From a virus, in the IMG/VR virus record IMGVR_UViG_3300007511_000003, positions 104,901 to 168,900 of that record: a stretch of DNA of 64,000 nt; one strand, given 5' to 3'. The notes below the pieces were generated by a model, which did no database searches, was not told the origin of the DNA, and saw only the letters and a list, made by a program, of their open reading frames with translations. Both the position numbers and the translations under genes were made by a program. Of the stretch, positions 16,456 through 24,943 are shown piece after piece (within the stretch, counting starts at the first letter, position 1; every line of letters begins with the position of its first letter).

Positions 16456-16699
16456 GATTTTCCTCCTGATTGATTGTCGGGGTAGTACCCCTTGTTGGTT
16501 GGTGTTCTTGTGTTAATATCTCTTTACAGTCTGCCAAACAGTGGGAACAAATGCATACACGTTCTTCCTGTTTGGCGCCTTCTATGACCTGCATAGGGCC
16601 TAAAGCCACTTCCTTTGGAGGTCGTAACTCCATGCAAAAATGGCAACGAAAGGCACTCCATTTTAGTAACGACTTTTCTCCAGGAAGGATCTCTGTCAT
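16373..16699 (-). CDS. ClpX-type C4 zinc-finger protein
   Basis: CHFC...VALGP...CICSHCLADCKEIL resembles the ClpX N-terminal Zn-binding domain; start coupled to the topoisomerase A stop. Confidence 0.55.
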   Translation of the reverse strand: MTEILPGEKSLLKWSAFRCHFCMELRPPKEVALGPMQVIEGAKQEERVCICSHCLADCKEILTQEHQPTRGTTPTINQEENHGNEDQQESERGTGPAPTGSPEGTPSS

Positions 16700-18165
16700 T
16701 ACACCGTCACCTTGGCAAACTCGCGAAGGTCCTCCACCATTTTTGGGCGTGGGTCTTTAAGGTGGTATCGCAGATCATCCCTCTGTTTATTCAAATTATT
16801 AATGCGGGCCTCAAGGTCCTCGATATTCCAGCGGTGTAACTGCAGGATCTTAAACCCCAATATCTGGTCAGCCTCTTCCAAGGTAATACCCTCGAGGTGC
16901 TTAACCAAGTAATTGGCAGGCTCCTCATCATCCAAGGACTTCAATACCGTGTCTTTATTCAGGGACGCCAGCAGACGTAGTTCCAAGTCCCGTATCTTTT
17001 TATCCAGCACTCGTATTAGGTACCGCAAGCTACGACGTTCCTGTTTGAGCCTCCAAGCCACCCAGTTTTTCAGTAACTTGGGGATCGAGGTCCTACGGAA
17101 CCGGGCCCTCATCTTCCCAGTACTGGCATCGAATGACCTACTGACAATGTTGACGCGGAAGTCTAGTTTGGAATCAAAGTAGGACACCACCTCTTGGGAT
17201 AACGTAACAAAGCGTGAAGCCGCGGTCTTCTTCAAGAATACCGTATACCTTGGACCCGTCTCTAGGGAAGTCTCATCGTCTACAGAGGCAACGTAGGACA
17301 GCTCTCGTACTTTGGCAACCACTTTTCCGATATTCAGATTGGGTGCGAATCCGGTAAACGTGAGGGAAAGCTGGTGTTGGTTTACGTGATGGGGCGAGCT
17401 GAACCACACCCCACCTGTGCCCTGTTCGTAGAAAGCCCTTAGGTCTGCCAGACCTTCTTTGTCCAGGATGGCTTCCCCACCATATTTATACCGGAATTTC
17501 AGATGTTTAACACACTCGGCAACACCCACTGGTTCATCGTCCAATAAACGTTGGACCAATGTGATGAGACCCTTGAGCTCATAACTTGGTATGTGGGCGG
17601 TACCGCCCATTGCGATCCCGAAAGTACCATTCACCAAGATATTGGGGACTAGGGAGGGCAGCACTACAGGCTCCACCGCCTTTCCATCATACGTGGGCAT
17701 CTCCTCAAGGGTAGGTACGTAGTCAGGGTGGAAGAGACCCTTGTCTGCATATTTGGTGAGGCGACCCTCTGTGTACCGCATAGCAGCGGGCCCGTCTGTT
17801 AGCGAACCCCAGTTACCTTTACCATCGATGAGGGGCGTACTGAGGTTTGCCATGGTGACAGCGGCCCCATAGATAGCACTGTCACCATGTGGGTGGAACT
17901 TACCCATTGTATCACCAACAATCCTGGCGGCTTTCAAAACCCCGGCGTTATGGGTAAGCCCTAACTTGTGCATCGCCCAAAGGATGCGACGTTGGACTGG
18001 CTTGAGTCCATCTCGGAAGTCGGCAATTGCCCGGTCCTCCAAGGTGTACTTTCCATAGTCCATCATCGCCCCTCGGGCGTACTCCAATAAACCTACCTCT
18101 GGAACATGGGCAACACTCGCAGGGGCTTGGAGCGCGGGGTTAACTTTTCGTGTTCGTCGGCTCAT
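16699..18165 (-). CDS. gyrA: Type IIA DNA topoisomerase subunit A (GyrA/ParC-like, no C-terminal pinwheel)
   Basis: DGLKPVQRR, VGDTMGKFHPHGD and AAMRYTE (catalytic Tyr). Confidence 0.93.
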   Translation of the reverse strand: MSRRTRKVNPALQAPASVAHVPEVGLLEYARGAMMDYGKYTLEDRAIADFRDGLKPVQRRILWAMHKLGLTHNAGVLKAARIVGDTMGKFHPHGDSAIYGAAVTMANLSTPLIDGKGNWGSLTDGPAAMRYTEGRLTKYADKGLFHPDYVPTLEEMPTYDGKAVEPVVLPSLVPNILVNGTFGIAMGGTAHIPSYELKGLITLVQRLLDDEPVGVAECVKHLKFRYKYGGEAILDKEGLADLRAFYEQGTGGVWFSSPHHVNQHQLSLTFTGFAPNLNIGKVVAKVRELSYVASVDDETSLETGPRYTVFLKKTAASRFVTLSQEVVSYFDSKLDFRVNIVSRSFDASTGKMRARFRRTSIPKLLKNWVAWRLKQERRSLRYLIRVLDKKIRDLELRLLASLNKDTVLKSLDDEEPANYLVKHLEGITLEEADQILGFKILQLHRWNIEDLEARINNLNKQRDDLRYHLKDPRPKMVEDLREFAKVTV

Positions 18166-18214
18166 ATGTTATTTCCTTGGACCTTTCTACGTTGGACCAT
18201 TGTTTACCCCTATA

Positions 18215-18243
18215 AGTATAGCATCGGGCGAGCCCAATGTCAA
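18215..18243 (-). promoter_or_regulatory. sigma70-type promoter of topoisomerase subunit A
   Basis: TTGACA-17 bp-TATACT. Confidence 0.85.
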
Positions 18244-18260
18244 GCGAGTGTTTTTGACCA

Positions 18261-18668
18261 CTATTGACAGATTGGCACCACGTTTGTCATGTTGTTTCCA
18301 CTACCTTCTGGGAGCGCAGAGGTTCCAGCAGGGATGATGCCGGTCATTGCCTGGATGTACTTGTCCTGGATATCCTTCTTGGGGAAGTAGGGCATGGTTT
18401 CCACCTGACTGAAGTGGAACCGCATGTCAGAGGTCGGCAACTTCATCTGGTTGGTGGGTTCCTGCATGTAGTATGAGATGGGTACGAATCCAATCTGGGC
18501 GACCTTGACGGGCTTTCCCGTGGCGGGATCCGTTTGATTCTGGATCGCCAGTTGCAACAGGACGGCATTGTCCAAGTAGATCATTTGCTGCTCTTGGTCA
18601 ATACGACACTGGCCCAGATACTCGCGGTTTGGTGACCGCATGACAACCATGATGGTACTTCTGTCCAT
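18261..18668 (-). CDS. Hypothetical protein, possible Sm-like fold
   Basis: Start MDRSTI with SD AGGAG; EYLG...IYLDNAV...IGFVP pattern. Confidence 0.55.
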   Translation of the reverse strand: MDRSTIMVVMRSPNREYLGQCRIDQEQQMIYLDNAVLLQLAIQNQTDPATGKPVKVAQIGFVPISYYMQEPTNQMKLPTSDMRFHFSQVETMPYFPKKDIQDKYIQAMTGIIPAGTSALPEGSGNNMTNVVPICQ

Positions 18669-18679
18669 TGTTCTGCTCC

Positions 18680-19381
18680 TTAACAAACATCAAAGTGGTT
18701 GAGGCGTTCCAGTAGGGGATCGGATAACCCAGCATCCGCAAAACCCTTGGCACGCAATAAGCAACTACGGCACTTGGTACATGGGGATTTACCCCCTTCA
18801 TAGCAAGTGGTGGTGAAGGCCAATAATTCCATACCACGCGGCAACGACTGAGCAAACTCTACCACCCCTTGCTTACCCCACTGCATTAGAGGAGTAAGTA
18901 CCTGGAAGTGGTAGTCCATTCCTTTCGTCAGAGCCTCGGCCATGGCATCCGCAAAGTCACGGCGAGCGTCTGGGTACCCGCCCAACCCCTGTTCAGATAT
19001 GCCAAACACCAGGTTAGGGCAATCCAAAGCATAGGCCCTGTTCGCGAGCAAAATGGAAAACAGGATGTTACGCCCTGGAACGAACGTAAGGTCCTTGCCA
19101 CCATCTGGGATCTCCGACGCGTCTTCGTATCGTTTGACTTCGTTCGCGCTGTTTACCAGTGGACTGGTGGACCGCAAGAGCTCATTCGGGACACTGATAA
19201 TATCCTGACGTATGCCAAGTTGGCGGCATATGGTCTGGGAAGCAAGCCGTTCCGCTTCCCATGTTTTGTGTCCATAGTTGAAGGTGATAGCGCGAACCTC
19301 GTCAAACTCTTGCTGGGCCCAAATCAGGGCAAGAGTCGAGTCGAGGCCTCCGGATAAACTGACAAGGGCTTTCGTTGTCAT
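18680..19381 (-). CDS. queC: 7-cyano-7-deazaguanine (preQ0) synthase
   Basis: SGGLDST, FVPGRN, YPD, TCY...CTKCRSC motifs. Confidence 0.93.
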   Translation of the reverse strand: MTTKALVSLSGGLDSTLALIWAQQEFDEVRAITFNYGHKTWEAERLASQTICRQLGIRQDIISVPNELLRSTSPLVNSANEVKRYEDASEIPDGGKDLTFVPGRNILFSILLANRAYALDCPNLVFGISEQGLGGYPDARRDFADAMAEALTKGMDYHFQVLTPLMQWGKQGVVEFAQSLPRGMELLAFTTTCYEGGKSPCTKCRSCLLRAKGFADAGLSDPLLERLNHFDVC

Positions 19382-19435
19382 GGTAGGTTCCTTTCAATAA
19401 AATTATGGCTACCCTTTATTTACATTATACAAATC

Positions 19436-19470
19436 AAAAGGGCCAACGTCGTGTTTAACGTTGGCCCTTT
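19436..19470. terminator. Intrinsic terminator, possibly bidirectional
   Basis: AAAAGGGCCAACG...CGTTGGCCCTTT. Confidence 0.8.
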
Positions 19471-19506
19471 GTTGGAAATCCTATTGGGTTGTCAGGTTCC
19501 GAGGTG

Positions 19507-19743
19507 TTAACTGTCGTCACTTTCTGATCGGTCCATCATCTCTGTCAACAGGTCTTCAAAGTCATCACCCCCTGTAACCTGTTCTCCTCCGTCATTATCC
19601 CAGACCAGAAACGACACGCCAGCGTCATGGTCCTCGGGAAGTGGGTATAGGTTGACCCTGAAACTCCCGCCTGTTCCCTCAACTACCAATACATCCCTGT
19701 GGCCTGTGGGAGTTTCCTGGTTTCTGATTGCGTAAATAGCCAT
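19507..19743 (-). CDS. Small acidic hypothetical protein
   Basis: Start MAIYAI with SD AGGAGG. Confidence 0.65.
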   Translation of the reverse strand: MAIYAIRNQETPTGHRDVLVVEGTGGSFRVNLYPLPEDHDAGVSFLVWDNDGGEQVTGGDDFEDLLTEMMDRSESDDS

Positions 19744-19797
19744 CTTGTCCTCCTTGGCTTCCACCCTTGCTGGTCCTCATAGGGCCTCCTGCAGGTC

Positions 19798-20019
19798 CTA
19801 CATGTTTTCGGGTATATTTGGGTTACCCGGATCCCCTGTCCGATTGCGGGCGGGCTTCTCTTCGGTAGCACCTTGTAAACGTTGGTCCAACCACTCGATC
19901 TTTGCATCCAAGGAATTCGGGGACATTGCGTCATGAAAAAGTTTGGATAATGTTCCTCCGAAAACCCGAAGGGGTGTGGGTTGGAGTCCTTCATATACGA
20001 TCCTCATTTTGACCTCCAC
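19798..20019 (-). CDS. Small hypothetical protein sharing a repeat with the upstream gene
   Basis: Contains GATEEKPAR encoded by the same 31-bp DNA as in 20080-20670. Confidence 0.5.
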   Translation of the reverse strand: MEVKMRIVYEGLQPTPLRVFGGTLSKLFHDAMSPNSLDAKIEWLDQRLQGATEEKPARNRTGDPGNPNIPENM

Positions 20020-20079
20020 ATTTTACCTTGGAGGGGTTGGGATCAAACTTATTTCCCAACCCCTCGAGGGGCCACCATG

Positions 20080-20670
20080 TTACTTGGAGGCTTTGAAAGC
20101 GAGGCCGTGAGAGGCCAAAGCATCCTTGACAGCCCTAACCGACCGGCGACCCAAGCCTGAGATATCGCTCATCTCGGCATGGGTTTTGGCCTTGAGCTGG
20201 GAAACGGTCTTGATTCCAGACTTGGCCAGTGTCTCAACCACACGATCAGTCACACCCAGGTCTGCCACGTTCCGCGGGGCCTTGTCACCGGAAGCCTTGG
20301 TTTGGGTTCCCCGACGGGACTTGCGGGCGGGCTTCTCTTCGGTAGCACCTTCGGTGGCCTTGGCTTTCCGGCTCCGACGGCTGGACTTTTTGGTCGCCTC
20401 TTCCTTGGGTTGGCTGTCATCAGCGGTCTCCGCCTTGGCTTTCCGACGGGACTTGCGGGCGGGCTTCTCTTCGGTAGCACCTTCGGTGGCCTTGGCAGTG
20501 GGCTTGCGGACGCGAGTCTTTTTGCCTTCGGTCTGACGCTTTTTGAGCTCCTGCTCCCACTGCTCCGCGAAATCGAAAGCCTTGGCAGCAACGTTCTCAG
20601 TTTCACCAGACTCGATCAAAGCGGCCATGGCGAGGATGGAAACCTGGGTTTTGTTAGACTGACTGTTCAT
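20080..20670 (-). CDS. Histone-like linker plus RNA polymerase alpha-CTD-like domain
   Basis: K/A/R-rich repeats then DLGVTDRVVETLAKSGIKTVSQL...ISGLGRRSVRAVKDAL (alpha-CTD/HhH pattern). Confidence 0.75.
   Translation of the reverse strand: MNSQSNKTQVSILAMAALIESGETENVAAKAFDFAEQWEQELKKRQTEGKKTRVRKPTAKATEGATEEKPARKSRRKAKAETADDSQPKEEATKKSSRRSRKAKATEGATEEKPARKSRRGTQTKASGDKAPRNVADLGVTDRVVETLAKSGIKTVSQLKAKTHAEMSDISGLGRRSVRAVKDALASHGLAFKASK
20311..20496. repeat. 54-bp direct repeat (20311-20364 and 20443-20496); its 31-bp core also occurs at 19844-19874
   Basis: ttgcgggcgggcttctcttcggtagcacctt occurs three times. Confidence 0.9.
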
Positions 20671-20769
20671 CGTTTTGTTCTCCTATGAAATGGTTGCGGG
20701 CAAAAACACGCCCTCTTTTTGGTCCTGCTCCTTGCTACCTGCTTCTCGTCATTCCTAACCTTCGCCTAC

Positions 20770-20798
20770 ATTGCAGCCTACCGGCCTCCTGGAGGCAA
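20770..20798 (-). promoter_or_regulatory. sigma70-type promoter with conserved downstream element
   Basis: TTGCCT-17 bp-TGCAAT then GTAGGCGAAGGTTAGG. Confidence 0.6.
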
Positions 20799-20852
20799 AT
20801 AAAAAAATGCGCGTGGTGGTGGATTTTTCGTATCTGGCTGGAAGGAGTACCT

Positions 20853-21254
20853 TTATCTTACCTTTAGCTTATGACGAATCCCCTTGTCATTTAACTTATC
20901 GATGATCCTCTGACGAGCGTGCTTACCCAGTCCTGTGATGGCTACGAAGTCCTCTTGGGAAAGCTTTGCCACCAGTGACCTGTCCAAACCAGCTTTCCGC
21001 AAGGCGTTGTCGATGCGAGTCCCAAGAGCATCACGCTTTTTCTTCGACTCTACTTTCTTGGGTTCAGCTTTGGGTTCTGTGGTCGATCGCCGGGAGGCGT
21101 TGGTCGGTTGGGTAGTGGTACTTCTCTCCACCCCTAGAAAAGCGTCTGCATATTTAAAAGCCTCTTGAGCCGCCTCTGTGTGGTGTTGGTGGCGACCCAC
21201 CTGTATGATGGCATTCAATGCTGCCAACGCTATATCTGATCTACGTTTATCCAT
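20853..21254 (-). CDS. Second alpha-CTD-like protein (paralogous layout)
   Basis: ALGTRIDNALRKAG...ITGLGKHARQRI; N-terminal helix pair similar to 20080-20670. Confidence 0.65.
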   Translation of the reverse strand: MDKRRSDIALAALNAIIQVGRHQHHTEAAQEAFKYADAFLGVERSTTTQPTNASRRSTTEPKAEPKKVESKKKRDALGTRIDNALRKAGLDRSLVAKLSQEDFVAITGLGKHARQRIIDKLNDKGIRHKLKVR

Positions 21255-21331
21255 TAGGTTCTCCTTGACAAAACAAGCAGGGGTATGAATCTTGCTTTTT
21301 ATTTACAGCCCTAGCCCGATTCCAGAACAAG

Positions 21332-21360
21332 AAAAAGCCCTGTGAGGGCACACAGGGCTT
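21332..21360 (-). terminator. Terminator after topoisomerase subunit B
   Basis: AAGCCCTGTG/CACAGGGCTT stem plus T tract on the minus strand. Confidence 0.75.
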
Positions 21361-21379
21361 CGATTATTGGGAAGCGAGT

Positions 21380-23260
21380 TCAGATACCCAACAGTTCTCG
21401 GCGGTACGCTGGGTTGTCGGCCATCAAGAGGCGGAACTCAGCCATCTGTTTTTTGGAAGGAGCCCCAATCCTAACCATGCGTCGGGTTGATGGATCGAAA
21501 GCTAGAGGACGCAGGTCCTCTGGATCTATCTCTCCCCACCCTTTCAGGTAGGTTACTTGCTTCGGATCCATCTTTGGGCATTGCTTCCGAATCTCGTCTA
21601 CGGTATCCCCGAAATATTTTTTGCTCCTGTGGGTTCCTGCATACCTTGGACCCTGTATGGCGTAAATGAGCCCCCTGTCAAACATCCCTGGTAGGTACTG
21701 TGCAATGAGAGCAAGGATGAGGGTGTTAATATGTCCACCATCGTAGTCGGAGTCTGACAAGAGTATTAAGCGTCCAATACGAAGGTTACCAAGAGGGTCG
21801 GTGTGTCGAGGGTTGAAGCCTAGGACTTTGAGGATGTTCATCACCTCGTCGGATGTGAAGGCCCGGCCCTCCTTGGCCTTCATCACGTTCAAGATCTTAC
21901 CCTTTAGCGGGAGCACGCCTTGGAATTTACGGTGTCTGGCTTGTCGAGCGGATCCCCCGGCTGAGTCCCCTTCCACCAGATAACATTCCCGTTTATGTGC
22001 AGGGCACCCACGGGCAGCGTCAGTATACTTGGACGGGAGAACCGACCCACCTACCTTGGCATTCAGTTTCCTTAACGCCTGTTTATTAAGGGTGAACTCC
22101 TCACGAGCGGCCCGAATGTCTGCCGCTCGCTTACACCAAGCCCGCGCCAGTTTCTTGTTCTTGGTAAAGAACGCTGATAAAACCCCGGCCAGCACATCTT
22201 CAACAGGTTTCTTGGCTCTTGGATCCACCAGCTTCTCTTTTGTCTGCGAAGAGAATTGAGGTTCATCAAGTTTGGCATTCACCAACCCAATGATGCCATC
22301 CCGAAGATCCGGCCCCATGAAAGAATTGCGGCCCTTATATGGCATGAGGGCCTTTGTCAACGCCGCCCAGAGGGCTGTGACCTGGACACCCCCATCAGCG
22401 TTGAGGCTACTGTTGGTGTATGCTTCTACCTTCTCTCCATCATTATTGGTAAAAGAAAGCGCTACGTCAACGTTGGTGTCACGAACGACAAAATGTGGTC
22501 CCTGACTTTGGACCTTCAGTTTTTCGGCCCGAGCGAACAGATAATCTTCAAGGCCCCTCTTAAACCACCAGCTCTTCTTTGTGCCATTGAACGCCAGTTG
22601 GATGCGGAGTCCTTCATTGAGGTAGGCAGTAATCTCGGCCCACTCTTCAATCGGGGTTTTTGACAGCTTAGCCCGCTTATCAAAAATGGTAGGATCGTGC
22701 TCAAAACAGATAACCGTACCAGACTTTGGGCGTGGTACTCTGAAGGGTAGCCTGGGTGGTCCTCCACACGTTCCTACGGCATCCTGTTCCTCTCCTTGGG
22801 CAAAGGTAGTGGTCCACCATTTATGGTTCCTGAAGGTCCATACCTGCATGTACTGAGTAAGGGCGTTCACGACTGTCAAACCAACACCGTGAGTGCCCCT
22901 AGCATTTTTGTAGGCCTTGGCGTCAAACTTCCCTCCGGCATGAAGCTTGGTCAGGATCGTGGTCAGGGTGGAGGTTCCTGTCGAGCGATTTTTCTGGACT
23001 GGGATGCCTGCCCCGTTGTCAATCACCCAGACTCTCTTTTTGTCCACCAATATCATAATGCGATCGTTACGGCCGGCGGCTGCTTCATCCACCGAATTAT
23101 CCGCCACCTCTTTCAACAGCTGGAACAGGCCCTGGCTATTGGTAGGACCCAAATACATGCCGGGACGTTTCCGTATACCCTCGATGGTGCCCAAAGCTTG
23201 GATGTGGCTTTCATCATAGGCCTTGGTACCTCGGTTTCTTGTCGTTCGAGCCACTGTCAT
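21380..23260 (-). CDS. gyrB: Type IIA DNA topoisomerase subunit B (GyrB/ParE-like)
   Basis: IRKRPGMY, DNSVDE, LHAGGKF, GVGLTVVNAL, EGDSAGG, PLKGKILNV, DSDYDGGHI, KGWGE. Confidence 0.94.
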   Translation of the reverse strand: MTVARTTRNRGTKAYDESHIQALGTIEGIRKRPGMYLGPTNSQGLFQLLKEVADNSVDEAAAGRNDRIMILVDKKRVWVIDNGAGIPVQKNRSTGTSTLTTILTKLHAGGKFDAKAYKNARGTHGVGLTVVNALTQYMQVWTFRNHKWWTTTFAQGEEQDAVGTCGGPPRLPFRVPRPKSGTVICFEHDPTIFDKRAKLSKTPIEEWAEITAYLNEGLRIQLAFNGTKKSWWFKRGLEDYLFARAEKLKVQSQGPHFVVRDTNVDVALSFTNNDGEKVEAYTNSSLNADGGVQVTALWAALTKALMPYKGRNSFMGPDLRDGIIGLVNAKLDEPQFSSQTKEKLVDPRAKKPVEDVLAGVLSAFFTKNKKLARAWCKRAADIRAAREEFTLNKQALRKLNAKVGGSVLPSKYTDAARGCPAHKRECYLVEGDSAGGSARQARHRKFQGVLPLKGKILNVMKAKEGRAFTSDEVMNILKVLGFNPRHTDPLGNLRIGRLILLSDSDYDGGHINTLILALIAQYLPGMFDRGLIYAIQGPRYAGTHRSKKYFGDTVDEIRKQCPKMDPKQVTYLKGWGEIDPEDLRPLAFDPSTRRMVRIGAPSKKQMAEFRLLMADNPAYRRELLGI

Positions 23261-23304
23261 CTCCTGGCTTGGGTTAATAATCCTTAGTCTATTTACAACT
23301 CAAC

Positions 23305-23383
23305 AAAAAGGCGGCCTATCCCGAAGGATGCCGCCTCCAACACCCTTCATGGGTATTGTAACATAATTTCTTGCGCCTGTCAA
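23305..23383 (-). ncRNA. Promoter-terminator unit producing a ~50-nt small RNA
   Basis: TTGACA-17 bp-TACAAT at 23355-23383, immediately followed by the hairpin GGCGGC-ATCC-TTCG-GGAT-AG-GCCGCC-TTTTT. Confidence 0.6.
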
Positions 23384-23410
23384 GACCACACATAGGTAGA
23401 GCCTCACCAT

Positions 23411-23710
23411 TTAATAAAACCCTCGGTGTGTGAACAGGACGGGGTTAAGGAACACCGAGGTACACTTATCACAAACACGAGCCGCTATCTCCCCCATCTT
23501 AAAGGTGTGGTACTTGCGACCCAAACATATAGGACAACGAAAATTGCTGGAGGCGTGCTTTTCATTGTAGGTGGACAACCTTTTCAACTCTCCCAAAGGT
23601 ATGCGGTTTAATTTTTCCGCCTCCACATCATAGATTCGATCGGCTTCCTGCCTTATTTCCCGTATGCCCAAGAGTCGTTCATTTTCGTCAGGGCCCGCCA
23701 TGGGTGTCAC
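23411..23710 (-). CDS. Hypothetical Zn-ribbon protein
   Basis: CPIC...CDKC; ATGA-coupled. Confidence 0.65.
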   Translation of the reverse strand: MTPMAGPDENERLLGIREIRQEADRIYDVEAEKLNRIPLGELKRLSTYNEKHASSNFRCPICLGRKYHTFKMGEIAARVCDKCTSVFLNPVLFTHRGFY

Positions 23711-24399
23711 TCCTTATCCAAAAGGAGCTTCACTATTTCAGATGTGGCCTTCACCGAAAAGAAAAAATTGACCTTTATGTTATGGTTCCGAGAACGTTTG
23801 TCTTCCATTTTTACTGTACTGGTTTGCTGTAGATCAACCGATACCTTTATACTGTCAGGTATCAGTGGTTGACCACCTAAGTGAAAGGGTGACAAGGACA
23901 CGCAAACCTGTAATTGTATCACCGCGTCATGGATTTTTTGATTAAGGGTGGTACGGAATATCTTGGATCCCTCCAGGCTGTCCAATGTCTTCCCAGCAAG
24001 GGCTTCTTCCAACATGGAACCCAGGTCCTCGATAACAGCGAATCGAATGGGTATTTTCCCTTTGCTGTATAGCTTGGTAACTCGGGCAACAGCCACCTCC
24101 GAATCTCCCTCAATAGGACGGCTCTTGCTGTCGAGTGCTATCTTCGGTCCTCCATCAGTAGTCCATTGAGGTACACAGAAAGGGCCTTTCGCTTTTGGAT
24201 GGGTACGAAAACTGGTAATAAGGAGTTGACGTTCCTGGAACCTTCCTGTGATCCAATCTGACATAAAAGTAAAGGCTGCTTGAACATTCATTGGTATACC
24301 CTTCTTAGTGATAAGGGGACCCCTTAACCTATGTACAAACCTGGGGGTCCCCTTTATCTTTCCGCGTACGGTGATGAAAGACGCGCTTACAAACATCAA
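23707..24399 (-). CDS. Hypothetical protein
   Basis: 230-aa ORF in the operon; start uncertain. Confidence 0.65.
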   Translation of the reverse strand: MMFVSASFITVRGKIKGTPRFVHRLRGPLITKKGIPMNVQAAFTFMSDWITGRFQERQLLITSFRTHPKAKGPFCVPQWTTDGGPKIALDSKSRPIEGDSEVAVARVTKLYSKGKIPIRFAVIEDLGSMLEEALAGKTLDSLEGSKIFRTTLNQKIHDAVIQLQVCVSLSPFHLGGQPLIPDSIKVSVDLQQTSTVKMEDKRSRNHNIKVNFFFSVKATSEIVKLLLDKE

Positions 24400-24860
24400 G
24401 AGCCAGTGGGTTGCGGTTCCTCCTGGCTGGGGGTTTCCCCATCAACAAGGGAAATGTCCACCACCTTTTGGAGGCCCATCTGGAACACGCGTTCTGAAAC
24501 ACGAGGCCCCAGCTTTTTCAACTTCTGGCAAATTTTCCCCAACCGCGAGGGGTCGGCATCCAGGAGGGCCTCGACGAAGCCATCGCTGGCTTTGTCAAAA
24601 TCGGTACCCACATAACCCTCCGTTGTGGCCGCAGGACATTGGTGGTTCCCTTGTGAAAAATGGCATTCATCGTAGGTCTTTTCTTCATGATCGAAAAGGT
24701 ATTTGCACTGGGTACACTCCTTGCGGTACAATAACAAGGCATCCTTTTTGACCTGTTGCTGGGCGTTCTCTTGTGTGATGGCATCGGCCTCGGGTTCCGG
24801 CCGATCATCGACGTTTTCAGCTACCTCCTGAGGAGGGGTTTTTATTTCGGCATTAGGCAT
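24396..24860 (-). CDS. Hypothetical Cys-containing protein
   Basis: CTQC...CH...CPA. Confidence 0.7.
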   Translation of the reverse strand: MPNAEIKTPPQEVAENVDDRPEPEADAITQENAQQQVKKDALLLYRKECTQCKYLFDHEEKTYDECHFSQGNHQCPAATTEGYVGTDFDKASDGFVEALLDADPSRLGKICQKLKKLGPRVSERVFQMGLQKVVDISLVDGETPSQEEPQPTGS

Positions 24861-24943
24861 AACGTTTTTCCACCAAGGTGAGGGAAGACGGGAGGGGTAA
24901 AACCGCTACCCCTCCCGACAAATCAGTAAGACCCTGTTAAGGT

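Noticed and set aside
16699-23260. Host chromosome gyrA/gyrB/queC region
   Set aside because: The genes are divergent, the A subunit is truncated, and they are interspersed with phage-type ORFs and promoters.
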